Shown here piece by piece: positions 42,483-52,888 of a DNA stretch of 64,000 bases. Source of the stretch: Eledone cirrhosa (lineage: Eukaryota). Made by a program: the position numbers and the translations under genes. Location: assembly GCA_964016885.1 (NCBI GenBank), contig OZ024742.1, positions 220,286,001 through 220,350,000 on the forward strand, written 5' to 3'. The notes under the pieces were generated by a model. The model was not told the DNA's origin. It worked only from the letters and a program-made list of their open reading frames with translations, and made no database searches. The first letter of the stretch is position 1, and each line of letters opens with the position of its first letter.

Positions 42483-44787
42483 GTGGCCTCGTGATGGTAG
42501 CGAGGGTGCTCTGTGGCTCCCCTATGTTTTCTCTAGAGGGCAAAAAGCGCTTAGGTGGGTGGTTTCCCTCTCATCGATGACACGTAGGCTTTTTGTCAAT
42601 GGCAACACATAACTCCATGTCACCCGAAGGCGAATTAGGTATGTGATTTTATCAATCTTCTTTGGTTTGATCTGCCGAAGTACTTCCAGAACTGGTCACA
42701 GACCAGTTCTCCTTTTGGAGTCCTCTTTACTTTCAAGTGGTATTCGTTGCTCTCCAGAACGATGCACGCTAAGATCCACCGAATGTCTAATTCTGGCGGG
42801 ATCCCAGCAATTCGGACCTTCACCATTCTTCTTCCCATGTAAGAGGGGAACATTACGAATTAGTCCGTTTTACAAGTACTTCTTTGCAAGGATCTTGGTA
42901 TTGAAGAGTCATGCCTCCACAAGGAATTGTAGAGCGAACTCCGACTTTCTGGACTTGGTGCCGATACACCTTTAGGTCAAGGTCCTTTGTTAGTCACTGT
43001 CAACATCTAAGGCAGAACACTTATATTGGACCAGGTTTTCAGAATTGTTATAAGCTCGGCTGTCTATGTCAACCATTCTTTTCTCTTGGTTAAGTTCATC
43101 TGGAATAGATCCATAATTTTCAAAGCTGTTGCCGCGAACATGCTTTTGTTGTGGATTTCGAAAGACTGCAAGTAACAATAGACACATCCCTGCATAGCAT
43201 GGGTTGTTTTCCAAAAGGCCTAAGATATGGTGCTCTCTTCTTGGATTGGGGAGTCTTTTAGAAAATTTCATAAATATCCTTAATGCCAGTATGACACACT
43301 GGAAAACGAGCTTTATGTGAAGTGAAACCACAAAATGAAGTATATTTCAGAGTGACTCTTTAAAGGGAACGACTCCTTTTAAATTTCTGTTAATGTGAGT
43401 ATACCTATCTCAATTAAACTTAGAAATATTAACATAGGCTGCAAACTAGAGAGAAACACACCTCCCCGAATATATTTTATACGTATTCCTTAAAGATATT
43501 TGCAAAGTCAAAGAAAGAGATGAATTTTCTTACGGATGTGTTGCAGAGATAATGGAATGGAATCTGGCATATTTAAGTGCACGATGTTACACATGAAGAG
43601 AGGGAAGTGGGCTTATTTTAATGAGATAGTTTCACAGGAAAAAATGAAATTTAGAAAAAATGAAATTTAGAACTTCGTGAAAATGGGTATTGTACCTAGA
43701 CATAAGGAAATGAAAGTAAAACTAGAAACAACATATTTGAAAAGATTAAAGGTTAATGCTTAATTCAAAGAATCAGCTAAATTCAATCAACACATAGGTG
43801 TTTGCTGTCATCCATAAAAGTGATGGAATAGTGAATTAAATAAAGGATGAAATAAATGAATTAGACAGAAAAATTAGGAAAAAAAACAACTTAATATGCA
43901 TGGAATGCCAACAACAAAGTCTGGCCTGCACATAATAACAGAAGTTTGACATAGCTCCATATGTGAGCAATGTTAGGAAATCGAACAAGTACGTAGAAAT
44001 AATTATTCATACTTTTGGCACAAGGCCAGCAATTAGCCAGTACATTGTTGGTACTTTATTTTATCGACCCTGTAAGGATGAAAGGCAAAGTTAACCTCGA
44101 TGGGATTTGAACTCAGCAGACCGTAAAGGGACGTAACTATGCTAGAAAGCATGGCGTCCATCCCTGTGGCTATAGAGTTTATTGAGGACCACCAGTGCTC
44201 GCCTCTCACCGCTAGGCTAAGGATTTCAGGAAGTTAACCATTGTCTCCAAATAATAAAACAGTTTGGATTAATAATTGTTTCTACTCTAGACACAAGGCC
44301 AGCAATGTGAATTAACTTTGGCGGCATTTGAACTCAGAACGGAAAGGGACGTCCACAAAACATTTTGTTCGACGCCCTACCGATACTGCCAATCCACTGC
44401 ACTTAGATGGATTAATAATAAGAAGAATTAGAAAAATAATAATAAAAGGAATAATAATAATACTAAGAAGCCAAAAATGATTTCTCACGTTTTGTTAAGT
44501 CCAAAAATGGCGGGTGAGTAATCTTTCTTTTGAAAAGCTGCTTGTGGGATGGTAATGAATGCAATAATGAGAAGAGTGATGCCTATGTTGAGAAAGAGGC
44601 TCCATCTCATAAACATGAAGTACGATGCCACACCACTGCCATGGTAACCTAGAAATAGACAAACAGAAATGTTCACTTAGAAATAGAAAGTGAAAAATTA
44701 GAGGATGAAATGTATTGAGATAAAGAATAGCAAGTATTAGTCGTAGCAGTTGAGTAAATGGAAAAGAAATGGTGTTGAGGGTGTTCG

Positions 44788-44843
<56 letters not shown>

Positions 44844-44992
44844 GAATTTTAATGGATACAGTTTAGTTAAAAGGAATTTATTGACACGTGTTTCTATAAC
44901 AGTTACATAACCTGAAAACAGCTGCTATCTACAAAGTATTAGTTATGCAGACATTCAATATTTCAATGTTATTATCAACTGTCATTTCATCG

Positions 44993-45030
<38 letters not shown>

Positions 45031-45990
45031 AGATGGGACTGTCCATCTTTCCGTTGCTTTTCCTTTGTCTTTGACCTGTGCACCCCCTATTTTCAATTCA
45101 TATTGTAAAGACTTAGTCATGCGGAGTCTTTTTTTTAAACTATCATATAATAGACATCACACCGCCCGCTCTGTCTTCCTCTATTCTCCCTTCTTACCTT
45201 TTCTATGCCTCAGCGCCATTCTACTTCTTCTGCACGTTGGACTATTTCTCTCCTTTCTATGTATTTTCTCCTTTGACTAAGTCCTTGCGCACAATTCTCT
45301 CACTTCTTAGTCAGTTGACGCATTTTGGATACATTTTCATCTATATTTGTGTAATTTGGCTAAAGGCATAACGTGTCCCAACCTGCTTTATATTCCAAAG
45401 TGCACTATGAATGAGTTGTGTTAACCTTAAGACACCGAAACCGTAGCGATTTTCAGAAGTTGGCTGAAGAAATGCGATTGTCCGTCATTCCGTTGTTTTT
45501 TCCTGCGCGGCCCCCCTATTTTCAGCCAGAAGCAGAAATCGCTTGGCGTCGCGGACGTAATTTTACCTATCCCCTTCTCCTACCCCCCCCCCCCTCTATC
45601 TCTCTGAATATATATGTGTGTGTGTGTTTGTGTGTGTGCGCGTGTGTGTTTGTGTGTGTGTGTACGTGTGTATGGATGTGTGGCTGTGTATGTATGGATG
45701 GATTCCTCTCTCTCTGCATTTTCTAAACATATTCCCCAAAATTTGAATTATCTCACACTATAAGTGTTCGCTCCCTTGCTTATTTCTTGGGATTTGTCTC
45801 AGTACATTTTACATGTATACTTTGACCATAAAATACATGAACAATGGGACATTTGTGTTATTCAGGTCAATGTCAATGTCGACTCTTAATATAGAAGACA
45901 AAATTTACCTTCGACAGCTTTAATAGAACCTCTCCAGGGTTCCAGTTTATAGGAAGTTTCACGCAGTTCTCTTTTTACTTTCAACCATTT
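8018..45990 (-). CDS. TMC7: Transmembrane channel-like (TMC) protein, TMC5/7-like; nine internal exons: 45909-45990, 44489-44648, 34392-34494, 17038-17183, 16076-16226, 12743-12904, 10729-10901, 9317-9434, 8018-8115 (partial at both ends)
   Basis: Spliced translation is open for ~397 aa with matching intron phases (0/1/2/0/2/0/0/2/0/2). TMC motifs: [74 protein letters not shown]. The family call is firm; the TMC7 subfamily label is tentative. Confidence 0.93.
8125..9100 (+). mobile_element. Old RTE fragment split by an antiparallel RTE insertion
   Basis: LHGSETW-like segment at 8125-8370 resumes at ~8940 ([17 protein letters not shown]-like). Confidence 0.8.
8371..8935 (-). mobile_element. 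5'-truncated RTE LINE 3' end with (GAT)n tail
   Basis: ORF 8390-8740 with MLRWMC...[12 protein letters not shown]...GRPRKTW. Confidence 0.88.
9317..9434 (-). CDS. TMC7: TMC exon ([39 protein letters not shown])
   Basis: ttccag acceptor, gttagt donor, 118 nt, phase 2 to 0. Confidence 0.92.
10032..10390 (-). mobile_element. RTE 3'-UTR fragment
   Basis: Near-identical to the reverse complement of 31770-32071; (CAT)n tail. Confidence 0.8.
10729..10901 (-). CDS. TMC7: TMC exon ([57 protein letters not shown])
   Basis: cttacag acceptor, gtaagt donor, 173 nt, phase 0 to 2. Confidence 0.93.
12743..12904 (-). CDS. TMC7: TMC exon ([54 protein letters not shown])
   Basis: ttgtag acceptor, gtaagt donor, 162 nt, phase 0 to 0. 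Confidence 0.92.
13082..13400. mobile_element. hAT (Charlie-like) MITE
   Basis: Terminal repeats cagaggtgtgcaaca / tgttgcacacccctg, perfect 8-bp duplication tattagat, subterminal ggcccgc motifs. Confidence 0.9.
14560..16050 (+). mobile_element. Decayed R4/Dong-like non-LTR retrotransposon RT relic
   Basis: IDYQKAFD-like remnant (~15390) and LYMDDLKL (~15680). Confidence 0.6.
16076..16226 (-). CDS. TMC7: TMC exon ([13 protein letters not shown]...[30 protein letters not shown])
   Basis: ttacag acceptor, gtaaga donor, 151 nt, phase 2 to 0; conserved FxxWDY. Confidence 0.93.
17038..17183 (-). CDS. TMC7: TMC exon ([48 protein letters not shown])
   Basis: ttttag acceptor, gtaagt donor, 146 nt, phase 0 to 2; conserved LFYGYY. 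Confidence 0.94.
17745..18076. repeat. AT-rich minisatellite, ~61-bp period built from ~15-16-bp subunits
   Basis: tattatgataaagaactattatgatagagaagtattattatagagaag recurs at 17821, 17882 and 17943. Confidence 0.85.
18080..18270 (+). mobile_element. Short CRE/NeSL-like RLE element 3' fragment
   Basis: [12 protein letters not shown]...LCQRVSLT, similar to 25830-26340. Confidence 0.6.
18946..19551 (+). mobile_element. Non-autonomous RTE-derived element flanked by (ATGT)n
   Basis: Terminal C2H2 remnant [22 protein letters not shown] and a 3' end like the BovB-type RTE; (ATGT)n on both sides. Confidence 0.55.
20420..24690 (-). mobile_element. Near full-length, frameshifted CR1-clade LINE (PHD-containing ORF1, APE, RT)
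   Basis: LNARSL/TETW/GGGV/GDFNHP/GDSDH endonuclease motifs, [31 protein letters not shown], and a CR1-type C-terminus (LRRL..DL...RKHFFT..V..WNKLP). Confidence 0.92.
25830..26340 (-). mobile_element. CRE/NeSL-like RLE non-LTR 3' fragment
   Basis: CDTFYAS...KINKY...FAPVAV...[19 protein letters not shown]. Confidence 0.7.
26540..28160 (+). mobile_element. 5'-truncated, frameshifted RTE LINE
   Basis: [30 protein letters not shown], 3' UTR and (GAT)n tail. Confidence 0.9.
28185..29022. repeat. ~200-bp degenerate direct repeat (28185-28400 and 28826-29022), possibly Penelope pseudo-LTR-like
   Basis: Both copies share ttcttccctaataactattcc...gaaacrtcagygacccacagcagacagcygaagag; (TA) tracts flank the block. 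Confidence 0.55.
30122..30164 (-). ncRNA. Minimal type I hammerhead ribozyme
   Basis: acgata-CUGACGA-u-agcu-aaua-agcu-u-GAAA-cuag-UA-caucgu. Confidence 0.75.
30475..30517 (+). ncRNA. Minimal type I hammerhead ribozyme
   Basis: acgaug-CUGACGA-u-agcu-aaua-agcu-u-GAAA-cuag-UU-caucgu; perfect 6-bp stem I, palindromic stem III. Confidence 0.8.
30917..30959 (+). ncRNA. Minimal type I hammerhead ribozyme
   Basis: acgaag-CUGACGA-u-agcu-aaua-agcu-u-GAAA-cuag-UA-caucgu (GUA site). Confidence 0.78.
31339..32071 (+). mobile_element. 5'-truncated RTE LINE 3' end
   Basis: ORF 31364-31813 ([22 protein letters not shown]), 3' UTR, (GAT)n tail. Confidence 0.9.
34392..34494 (-). CDS. TMC7: TMC exon ([34 protein letters not shown])
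   Basis: ttttaatag acceptor, gtaagt donor, 103 nt, phase 2 to 0. Confidence 0.9.
34572..34730 (+). mobile_element. Tc1/pogo-like MITE terminus fragment
   Basis: atttcccggcgccgaagacgc matches the reverse complement of 58505-58530 (gtcttcggcgccgggaaatacggta). Confidence 0.5.
34730..35070 (-). mobile_element. RTE 3'-UTR fragment with (GAT)n tail
   Basis: Near-identical to 3412-3745. Confidence 0.85.
35163..35509. repeat. (TA)n-flanked insert with perfect 103-bp inverted repeat (35208-35310 and 35407-35509)
   Basis: Direct reverse-complement comparison of the arms. Confidence 0.9.
36303..36485 (+). mobile_element. Short second insertion of the 440-bp family with a 5' inversion, in (TA)n
   Basis: Shares gtacgtctgtatacatatatg...gccgtactaagagtgagaaatgaaatttc...ttccatttat with 31125-31236; 36303-36430 is palindromic. 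Confidence 0.85.
36572..36631 (-). ncRNA. Type I hammerhead ribozyme (intact core)
   Basis: uuucauu-CUGAUGA-uugaaagcaaa...uuugcuuuuaa-GAAA-cc-acu-gg-UA-aauggaa; lies in a 36542-36678 insert between (TA)n tracts. Confidence 0.88.
36868..36950 (-). ncRNA. Type I hammerhead ribozyme
   Basis: gcacgcg-CUGAUGA-c-cca...ugg-c-GAAA-cagauc-ucuuug-gauuug-UA-cacgugu. Confidence 0.75.
37587..37669 (+). ncRNA. Type I hammerhead ribozyme
   Basis: gcaagcg-CUGAUGA-a-cca...ugg-c-GAAA-cagauc-ucuuug-gauuug-UA-cgcgugu. Confidence 0.78.
38972..39275. mobile_element. hAT-type MITE
   Basis: Terminal repeats cagaggtgtaactag / ctagttacgcctctg; imperfect 8-bp duplication cattgtgc / catggtgt. Confidence 0.75.
39599..39974 (-). 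mobile_element. Putative solo LTR inserted into a SINE
   Basis: Minus-strand start TGTAGTGACC, AATAAA near the other end, cccc(ta) duplication; SINE sequence resumes afterwards. Confidence 0.45.
40930..43340 (-). mobile_element. Old Tx1-clade LINE relic (ORF1 and endonuclease)
   Basis: [41 protein letters not shown]...GDWN; homologous to 49204-50000. Confidence 0.85.
43400..43930 (+). mobile_element. Decayed R4/Dong-like RT C-terminal relic
   Basis: [13 protein letters not shown]...NMHGM-like remnant. Confidence 0.4.
44489..44648 (-). CDS. TMC7: TMC exon ([35 protein letters not shown]...GLNK), first TM helix
   Basis: ttctag acceptor, gtgaga donor, 160 nt, phase 1 to 2. Confidence 0.93.
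44879..44997 (-). ncRNA. Degenerate type I hammerhead (U4 changed to C) between (TA)n tracts
   Basis: uauu-CCGAUGA-a-augacaguug...uaacuguuau-a-GAAA-cacgug-UC-aaua. Confidence 0.5.
45909..45990 (-). CDS. TMC7: TMC exon ([28 protein letters not shown])
   Basis: cttcag acceptor, gtaaat donor, 82 nt, phase 0 to 1. Confidence 0.9.
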
Positions 45991-46114
45991 CTGAAGTGAA
46001 TAAAATACATTAAAAGACATTGAAAGAATAATTGACACACACGCATACATACACACACACTCGCACATGTATGTATGATTGTATGTATGTATGTATGTAT
46101 GTATGTATGTATTT

Positions 46115-46987
46115 GCTTCGAAGAAAATCAGCTGTTTGCTCTCTTCCAGAGAACTTTCAGCCCAGGGCCTATGGATAACTTCCAGAAATCCCTGGCCTGG
46201 CAGAGCTACCGGGGAGCGCTGCCGGTTCGAGATAAGCTCTACAGGCACGGAAGTGCCGTCAGCCGAGTCTGTCCGAGATGCGCGCAGAGCGACGAAACCG
46301 TCGTGCACTCATTCGTTCAGTGCCCGAGCATTGCTGACTTGTGGAGCTATGTCGAACAGTTGCTGTCGCGTGTAGGACCGATCCGGTTATCAACTGAGTC
46401 CATTGTGCAGATGGTCTCGCCGTCTTCCTTCGAGGAGGAAGTCCAGGCGATTTTCCTCTGCCTCGTGGCCATGGCGAAAGAGATTGTGTGGTGGACAAGG
46501 TTGAAAGGGTTAAAGACAGACACTTTCCTCTTCGGCGAATCCCTGATTAACTTTTTCAAGTTTCACTTGAAGAGGAAAATCAGGGTGGAGAGGCAAGTGC
46601 TGTCTTCTAGCAAGTTTTTTGAAAGGTGGGTGAATGTAGCGAGAATGATCCGTGTGAACGGGACAGCTCTGAATAAACGCTTGTAGTTTTGAGGAATGGG
46701 AAAAATTGAGAGAGGGCGCTTGCCCTGGTGGTCAGGGTGACTGGTCTTTTGTGTAGTTTTCGCCACGAGTAACCCTCGGAGGTTTCCCCCTATTGAGGAA
46801 TTTTTCATCGTTTGAATTTTCATTTTTATTGTTTATATATATGTTTCTATGTCTTTTTTTCTTTTTCGTTTCTTATATAAATAATAAAAATCTTTACACG
46901 CACAAAACCCACATCGTACCGTCTTGTACCGTCCTGTGCCGTCTGTAATGTTTTTCTTGATGTCAGCCCTTGTGGCCAATAAAGAAA

Positions 46988-47031
<44 letters not shown>
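46115..47031 (+). mobile_element. 5'-truncated Tx1-clade LINE with (TTA)n tail
   Basis: zf-RVT region (CPRCAQSDETVVHSFVQC) homologous to 52048-52615; 3' UTR ending cccttgtggccaataaagaaatca(tta)n. Confidence 0.92.
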
Positions 47032-50000
47032 GGCGACCTACGTAGTAAATCGTATCATCGTGAGCTCCACAAAGGTTTGTTATTTTCAGTTGTTTAAAAT
47101 TGCCATTTATGGAAAAATTTTATTGTTAACTGTATATAAGTGCACATACATTGATTTCTGAAAAGGACACTCAAAAGGATTGGGGCCTTGAGCCCAAAAT
47201 TTAAACTTTTTATAATTATCAAACAAAAAAAAATTTCTTTGAAAAATCATGGCCGACTCAGAGTCACACTTTCCTCACAAACTAACACCTCACACCGACA
47301 CCACCATTGTAAATATTACTACGTTTGCCAACACTAAAAATATAAGCAGTAGCAATATTTTAAATTTGTCTCAGGCAGACATTCATTTCCCGTCATTACC
47401 AATGACTGCAGGTGTTAAAGCCTCCACCCCCACCACCACAGCGACAACAAAAACAAAAGAAAAAATAAATTAACTCGTGATATTGAAATAAATTCAACCA
47501 AAATGAACTCTTCCACACCGAACACCACTGACGCCACCACCACAACTGAAACTAAAATTAACAATAACAAAAATAACGATAACACCAACAGCAACAATGA
47601 AATTAAGAAAACCACCCTGAGTTTTGCCAGAGTAGCAAAACAGTGCGAAGCATTCCAGGTAACTCAGGAGGAATTAGAAGAAGCCAAAAAAATGGTAAAG
47701 AAAGATGGGTACAGGGTCAGCCTCACCCATACACACACCTAATAAAATGGAGCATCGGCGCCTATGCACCGTGTCTTATCGGACGATTAGCATAAAATCG
47801 CGCCGAGTGGAACGGGCATCCGAGTCCCAAATCCAAAAAGCTTTGGGACATGTGTGGGCAAAAAAAACCCACATCAGACGTGGGCAGAAATATGGAACCG
47901 TGGACGTGTTCTTTGATACACCACAGGAGGCCAGAGAACACTCCATGGCCCCATTAAGAAGTGACGACTTCACACTCGTCCCAAGCTATTGTGGCCAGAG
48001 ACTCGTAAAGATCAGGGTGACCCACGTTTCACCGGCCATCGAAATTCCATTGCTAATAGCTGCCGTCCTCGCCGCCATCGAAGCCAACACTAACATAATC
48101 GAAATAGCGAAAGAAAAGCAGGAGAACTGGTCCGGATCTGGGATGGGCTCCTGATCCAAGCGGACCAAAAAAGCATTGAGGAGATCCCAGAGGTAATAGA
48201 CCTCACTGACGGCAGCCACCTTACCGTAATCGTCGAGGGCAGAAGGCCTAGGTGTGTCGTTTGTGGTGAAGGAACCCACCTAAGGGCTTTCTGCCCTCAG
48301 GCTAAAAGGTTGAGGCCACCTCTCTTACCCACCCCAGTGACTCAACCATCAACACCACCAGCAGCAGAGATGGCAGCAACAAATGTAGCAGCAACAACAG
48401 AAGCAACTGTAACAGCAACAACCCCAGCAACAGTAGCAAAACCAACACCACCACCACCCAACGCGCCAGAATTAGCACCAGCGCCTACACCATCCACCAC
48501 GCCACAACCAAAACCAACGCCTGTGGAGGATTTTACACTCCCCGGCCTATCACAACTGGAGACAGATTGTGACGACGAGGAGTGGGAAACGGTATCAGGA
48601 AAAAAGAAAAAAAGAAAGCAAAAAAAGAAAAAAATTCTCTTCCCTCCCCCTACAAAAACAAAATACAGAAGGAAACAAATAAACTATCAAACAAAAAAGT
48701 TAGGACAGATATGCCGCCATCCACACCAGCATCACCAACACCATCACCACAAACACCAACACCATCATTAACCCCAACACCACCATTACCAACACCACAA
48801 AAGTCACCAAAAAGTGAAACAGAAACAAACCCACAACAAACGCAAACAAAACAAAACAACCAAAACGATACACACTACACAGCATTAAATTTGAACAATA
48901 ACCAATTATTACACTACATCCAACACAACACCAGCATCACCACAGAAAAAGACTACACAACAACCCAAAAGTTCACACCACCTCCACATATACAAATCAC
49001 TCGCATCACACAGAAAACGTACACGACACTAAAACAAAAATTCCCCAAAGACATCGGAGACTTTCGACAAGCACTCTCCAGGAGGATTTATAAGGACATC
49101 CTTCCGGAGGAGGCCACAAGCAGTGAAAAGGATGGACAAACCATCCTTCCTCTACGAGGAGTAAGGTAAGTGGTCTTTCCCATCTTTTCCACTCCATTTC
49201 AACATGACCTCACTCAGAATAGGCAGCATAAATGCGCGTGGCTTGGGATCGTCATGGAAGCAGGGCCACCTGCTCAACGACCTCAGGTCACTAAACATAG
49301 ATGTAGTGGCCATCAGCGAGACCATAATCTCCGAAGCACGGGCCTTCGCCGATCTTCGGCGGCTACGATGTGTACGCATCTCCCAGCCGTCTGGGATCGG
49401 GGGGAGGAGTTGCTGTGCTTTTTCGGAGAGGTTTGGATCTCGCCATACGGGACATCTTCCTGGACCCAGAAGGTAAGTTGGTGGTGCTGGACGTGACCAG
49501 CGGAGACGGGTAAGCTTTCAGGCTAGTGGCCGTCTATTCCCCGACAGGCGCAGGGCGGCCTGATTTCTTCCGGCATCTGGAGACCTTTCTTGGAACGTCC
49601 CGCTCTTTAGTGTTAGTGGGCGACTGGAACGGGATCTTAGATGCACGCTGGGGCTGTGTGGGATTAGCCGATAGGGGAGGAGGGTGCAAGAGCCTCACCA
49701 ACCTGCTCAGGCGTTTTGAACTGTCTGACAGGTACCAATTGGATTTCCCGAATGTGCCAATGTGGACTTGGACAAATCGCATAGGGTCCTCCAGATCATA
49801 TCTAGATAGAGTATTTTGTAGGGAAATAGATAGGTCTAGCATAGGCTGTCCACAATTCAAGATAATCAGCTACACGGACCACAAATTCGTGATCTGTGTG
49901 CTTATCTTAGATAGGCATCATAGACGAGGACCCGGCTACTGGAAGCTAAACGCGTCCTTACCAGCGCGCAAGGCCTACAGAGACCGGATTAGCGAACTAG

Positions 50001-52856
50001 TTAAGCGGGCGTTGACGGGGGCCATCGTCAACAACAAGTGGTGGTTTGCTCTGAAAAGAGCAATTAAAATAGAATCCATTAGGTTTACTAAGGCTTTAGC
50101 AACAGAGAAAAATAGAGCAGAGGGAGAATTAGTTAGAAAATTAGACGAGGCGCTTAGCAAAGGCATCGCGACCGACGTACTTGCGGTGAAATTGGCCCTT
50201 GACCAATTCTTCAATGCAAAGCACGAAGGCTGCGTTGTCAGAGCTAGGGTGCAAGCTCTCAGACACGAGGGGACGAAAGCCGTTCAATGGGCCCGAGTGG
50301 CGGAGGCGTGTCGTGGCAACAAAGCCACGATCCGGTCTTTGGTGGACCACGACGGGCGCAGGCTACTCGATCCCGGGCAAATGTGTGAAGCTTTCCAGCG
50401 ACACTTCGCCCAGCTGTTCGGGGGCAGCGGCGGGCCGAATCGAGGGATGGACTTTAGTGTCTACCTCGACGGACTGCCGCGGCTCTCGGCCACTGAGGCG
50501 GAGTGTTGCGAAAAGCCGATAACAGCCGCTGAAGTACGGGAGGCAATGATTGGCTGCACAAGGGGTAAATCGCCTGGTTTGGATGGTCTGCCCTACGAAC
50601 TTTACGTACAAATGCCAGACTTGTTCGGAGGCCTCTTGGCGGACGTCTACTGCAGCTGGCAACAGAACGGGAGAATTCCCAGCTCTGTGAGCCGAGGAGC
50701 GGTGGCGCTGCTGAGAAAGGATCCGAACAAGGGGGATAACATAGATAATTTCAGGCCCATAACTATGCTAAACACAGAGTTCAAGATTTTGGCCAAGGTG
50801 CTAGCAAAGAGGTTGGCGCTTGTCGTTGGTGGTCTGGTGGGAGAGGCGCAGACATGCGCCATTCCCGACAGATCCATCCACGACAACCTCCACCTCATGC
50901 GATACATCGTAGAGAGGGTAGCTAGGGTACCTGGCACGGGTGGGTCCTTGATCAATTTAGATCAGTCGAAAGCTTTCGATAGGGTCGACCATCGTTACCT
51001 AGCGGCAGTCCTAAGAGCGGCTGGCTTTGGGTGCGTCTTCAGAGGCTGGATCGCTGCCATGCACAGCGACATCTGCTCTGTGGTGAGAGTGAACGGTCAG
51101 CTTTCGGAACCGTTCAACATCATGCGCTCGGTCCGCCAAGGATGTCCACTCTCGTCCCTCTTGTACGTATTGACTCTCAAGCCATTACTGCACAAACTGG
51201 AGACGTTGAGGGGTGTCCCGCGCGAACTAGGACGCGGAAGATCCGTGTCAGCATATGCGGACGATGTCACCGTAGTGTTGTCGAACGCCAAACACATCGA
51301 GGGGATCGGCACTACACTAAGAGAATACGAAGCGGTGACAGGAGCAATGATCAACCAGGAAAAGTCAGTGGGCCTGCAGCTCGGCACCTGGAGAGCCAGG
51401 TCCATGCCGTCCAACAGCGTCGTCGGGCGCTGGACGGACGGACCGGTCAAATTGCTAGGGTTCGGTCCAGACCTCCAGACGGACAAAAACTGGGACGAGG
51501 TGACGAGTAGGGTGGCTTCTCTCACCCAGAAATGGGCCGAGAGGAAGCTATCCCTGAAAGGTCGAGCGGAGGTGGCTAACGCGTACATCGGGTCCGTCAT
51601 CTACTACCGCCTGACCGTCGTACCTTGTCCTAAGCCCCGCCTAACTGCGCTGGAGCGTTTGTTCTTTCGCATTTTGTTGAAGGGACGCGCTCCGATGGTC
51701 AGGCGGTCCATCTGCTGTCAACACCCGCTACGTGGAGGGCTGGGCATGCCGTGGCTGATGATGCGCAAACACGCGCTCAGGCTACGACATCTCCACCTCT
51801 TCCTCGACGGTGATCAGGTGTGGTCGCCGTTTGCTAGACACGTCTTTCCCCAGCTCGTCTCCTTGACGGAGCTGCAGTCCTGGGCCAAGAGAATACCGAG
51901 AGTGAGCGCTTGGAGACTGGAATGTCTTCAGGCGCTCACAACCCTCGACCAATCGGGCAATGTGATCGGTGGAAACTCCACCTTGGCGTTCTATAGAGGA
52001 TTAGTGGAGGGGAAGAGCGACGACGTACTTGGAGAAACTCTAGGCGTCGACGAAAATCAACTAGCCAATCTCTTCGGAAGGCCTTTCGGGCCGGGGCCTA
52101 TGGACAACTTCCAGAAATCCCTGGCCTGGCAGTGCTACCGAGGAGCTTTTCCAGTTCGGGATAAACTCTACAGGCATGGAGGTGCCGTCAGCCGGGCATG
52201 TCCGAGATGCGCGCAGGGCGACGAAACCGTCCTGCACGCACTCGTCCAGTATCCGAGCATTGCTGACTTGTGGATTTATGTCGAACACCTGCTGTCACGT
52301 GTAGGACGGATCCAGCTATCAGCTGAGTCCATCGTGAGGATTGCCCCGCCCTCTTCCTTTAGCCGGGAAAGGCAGGCAGTTTTTATCTGTCTGGTGGCCA
52401 TGGCGAAAGAGATAGTATGGTGGACACGTTTGAAAGGGCTGAAGACGAGCACTTACCTCTTCGGTGATGCCCTGATTAACTTTTTCAAATTTCATTTGAA
52501 AATGAAAATCAGGGTAGAGAGGGAAGTGCTCTCTTCCCAGCATTTTGTTGAAAGATGGGTGAGAGAAGCAAGTATGGCCCGAGTGAATGGGCCTACTCTG
52601 AGTATGTGTCTGTAAATTAAAGGTGGAAAACTGGGAGAGGGCACTTGCCCTGGTGGTCAGGGTCACTGTGTTCTTTTAATGGGCTTTCTCCACAAATGTC
52701 CCTCCGAAGTCTCCCCCCTATTGGGGAATTTTTCTTTGTTATTTTATTACATCCTCTGTTTTTTACACGCAGAAATGCCCATTTGTACCGTCCTGTATTG
52801 TCCTGTACTGTCCTTAATGTCTACTTTATGTAAACCCTTGTGGTTAATAAAGAAAA

Positions 52857-52887
<31 letters not shown>

Positions 52888-52888
52888 G
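47032..52888 (+). mobile_element. Full-length Tx1-clade (L1 superfamily) LINE with few lesions
   Basis: 5' UTR; broken ORF1 47249-49170 with CCHC knuckle CVVCGEGTHLRAFC (~48254-48295); ORF2; 3' UTR; (TTA)n tail. Confidence 0.95.
49204..52615 (+). CDS. Tx1 ORF2 (APE endonuclease, reverse transcriptase, zf-RVT); frameshift near 49400, then 1029 aa open from 49526
   Basis: SINARGL, GDWN, SYLDR, YTDH, GPGYWKLN, KSPGLDGLP, LDQSKAFDRV, VRQGCPLS, AYADDV. Confidence 0.9.
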
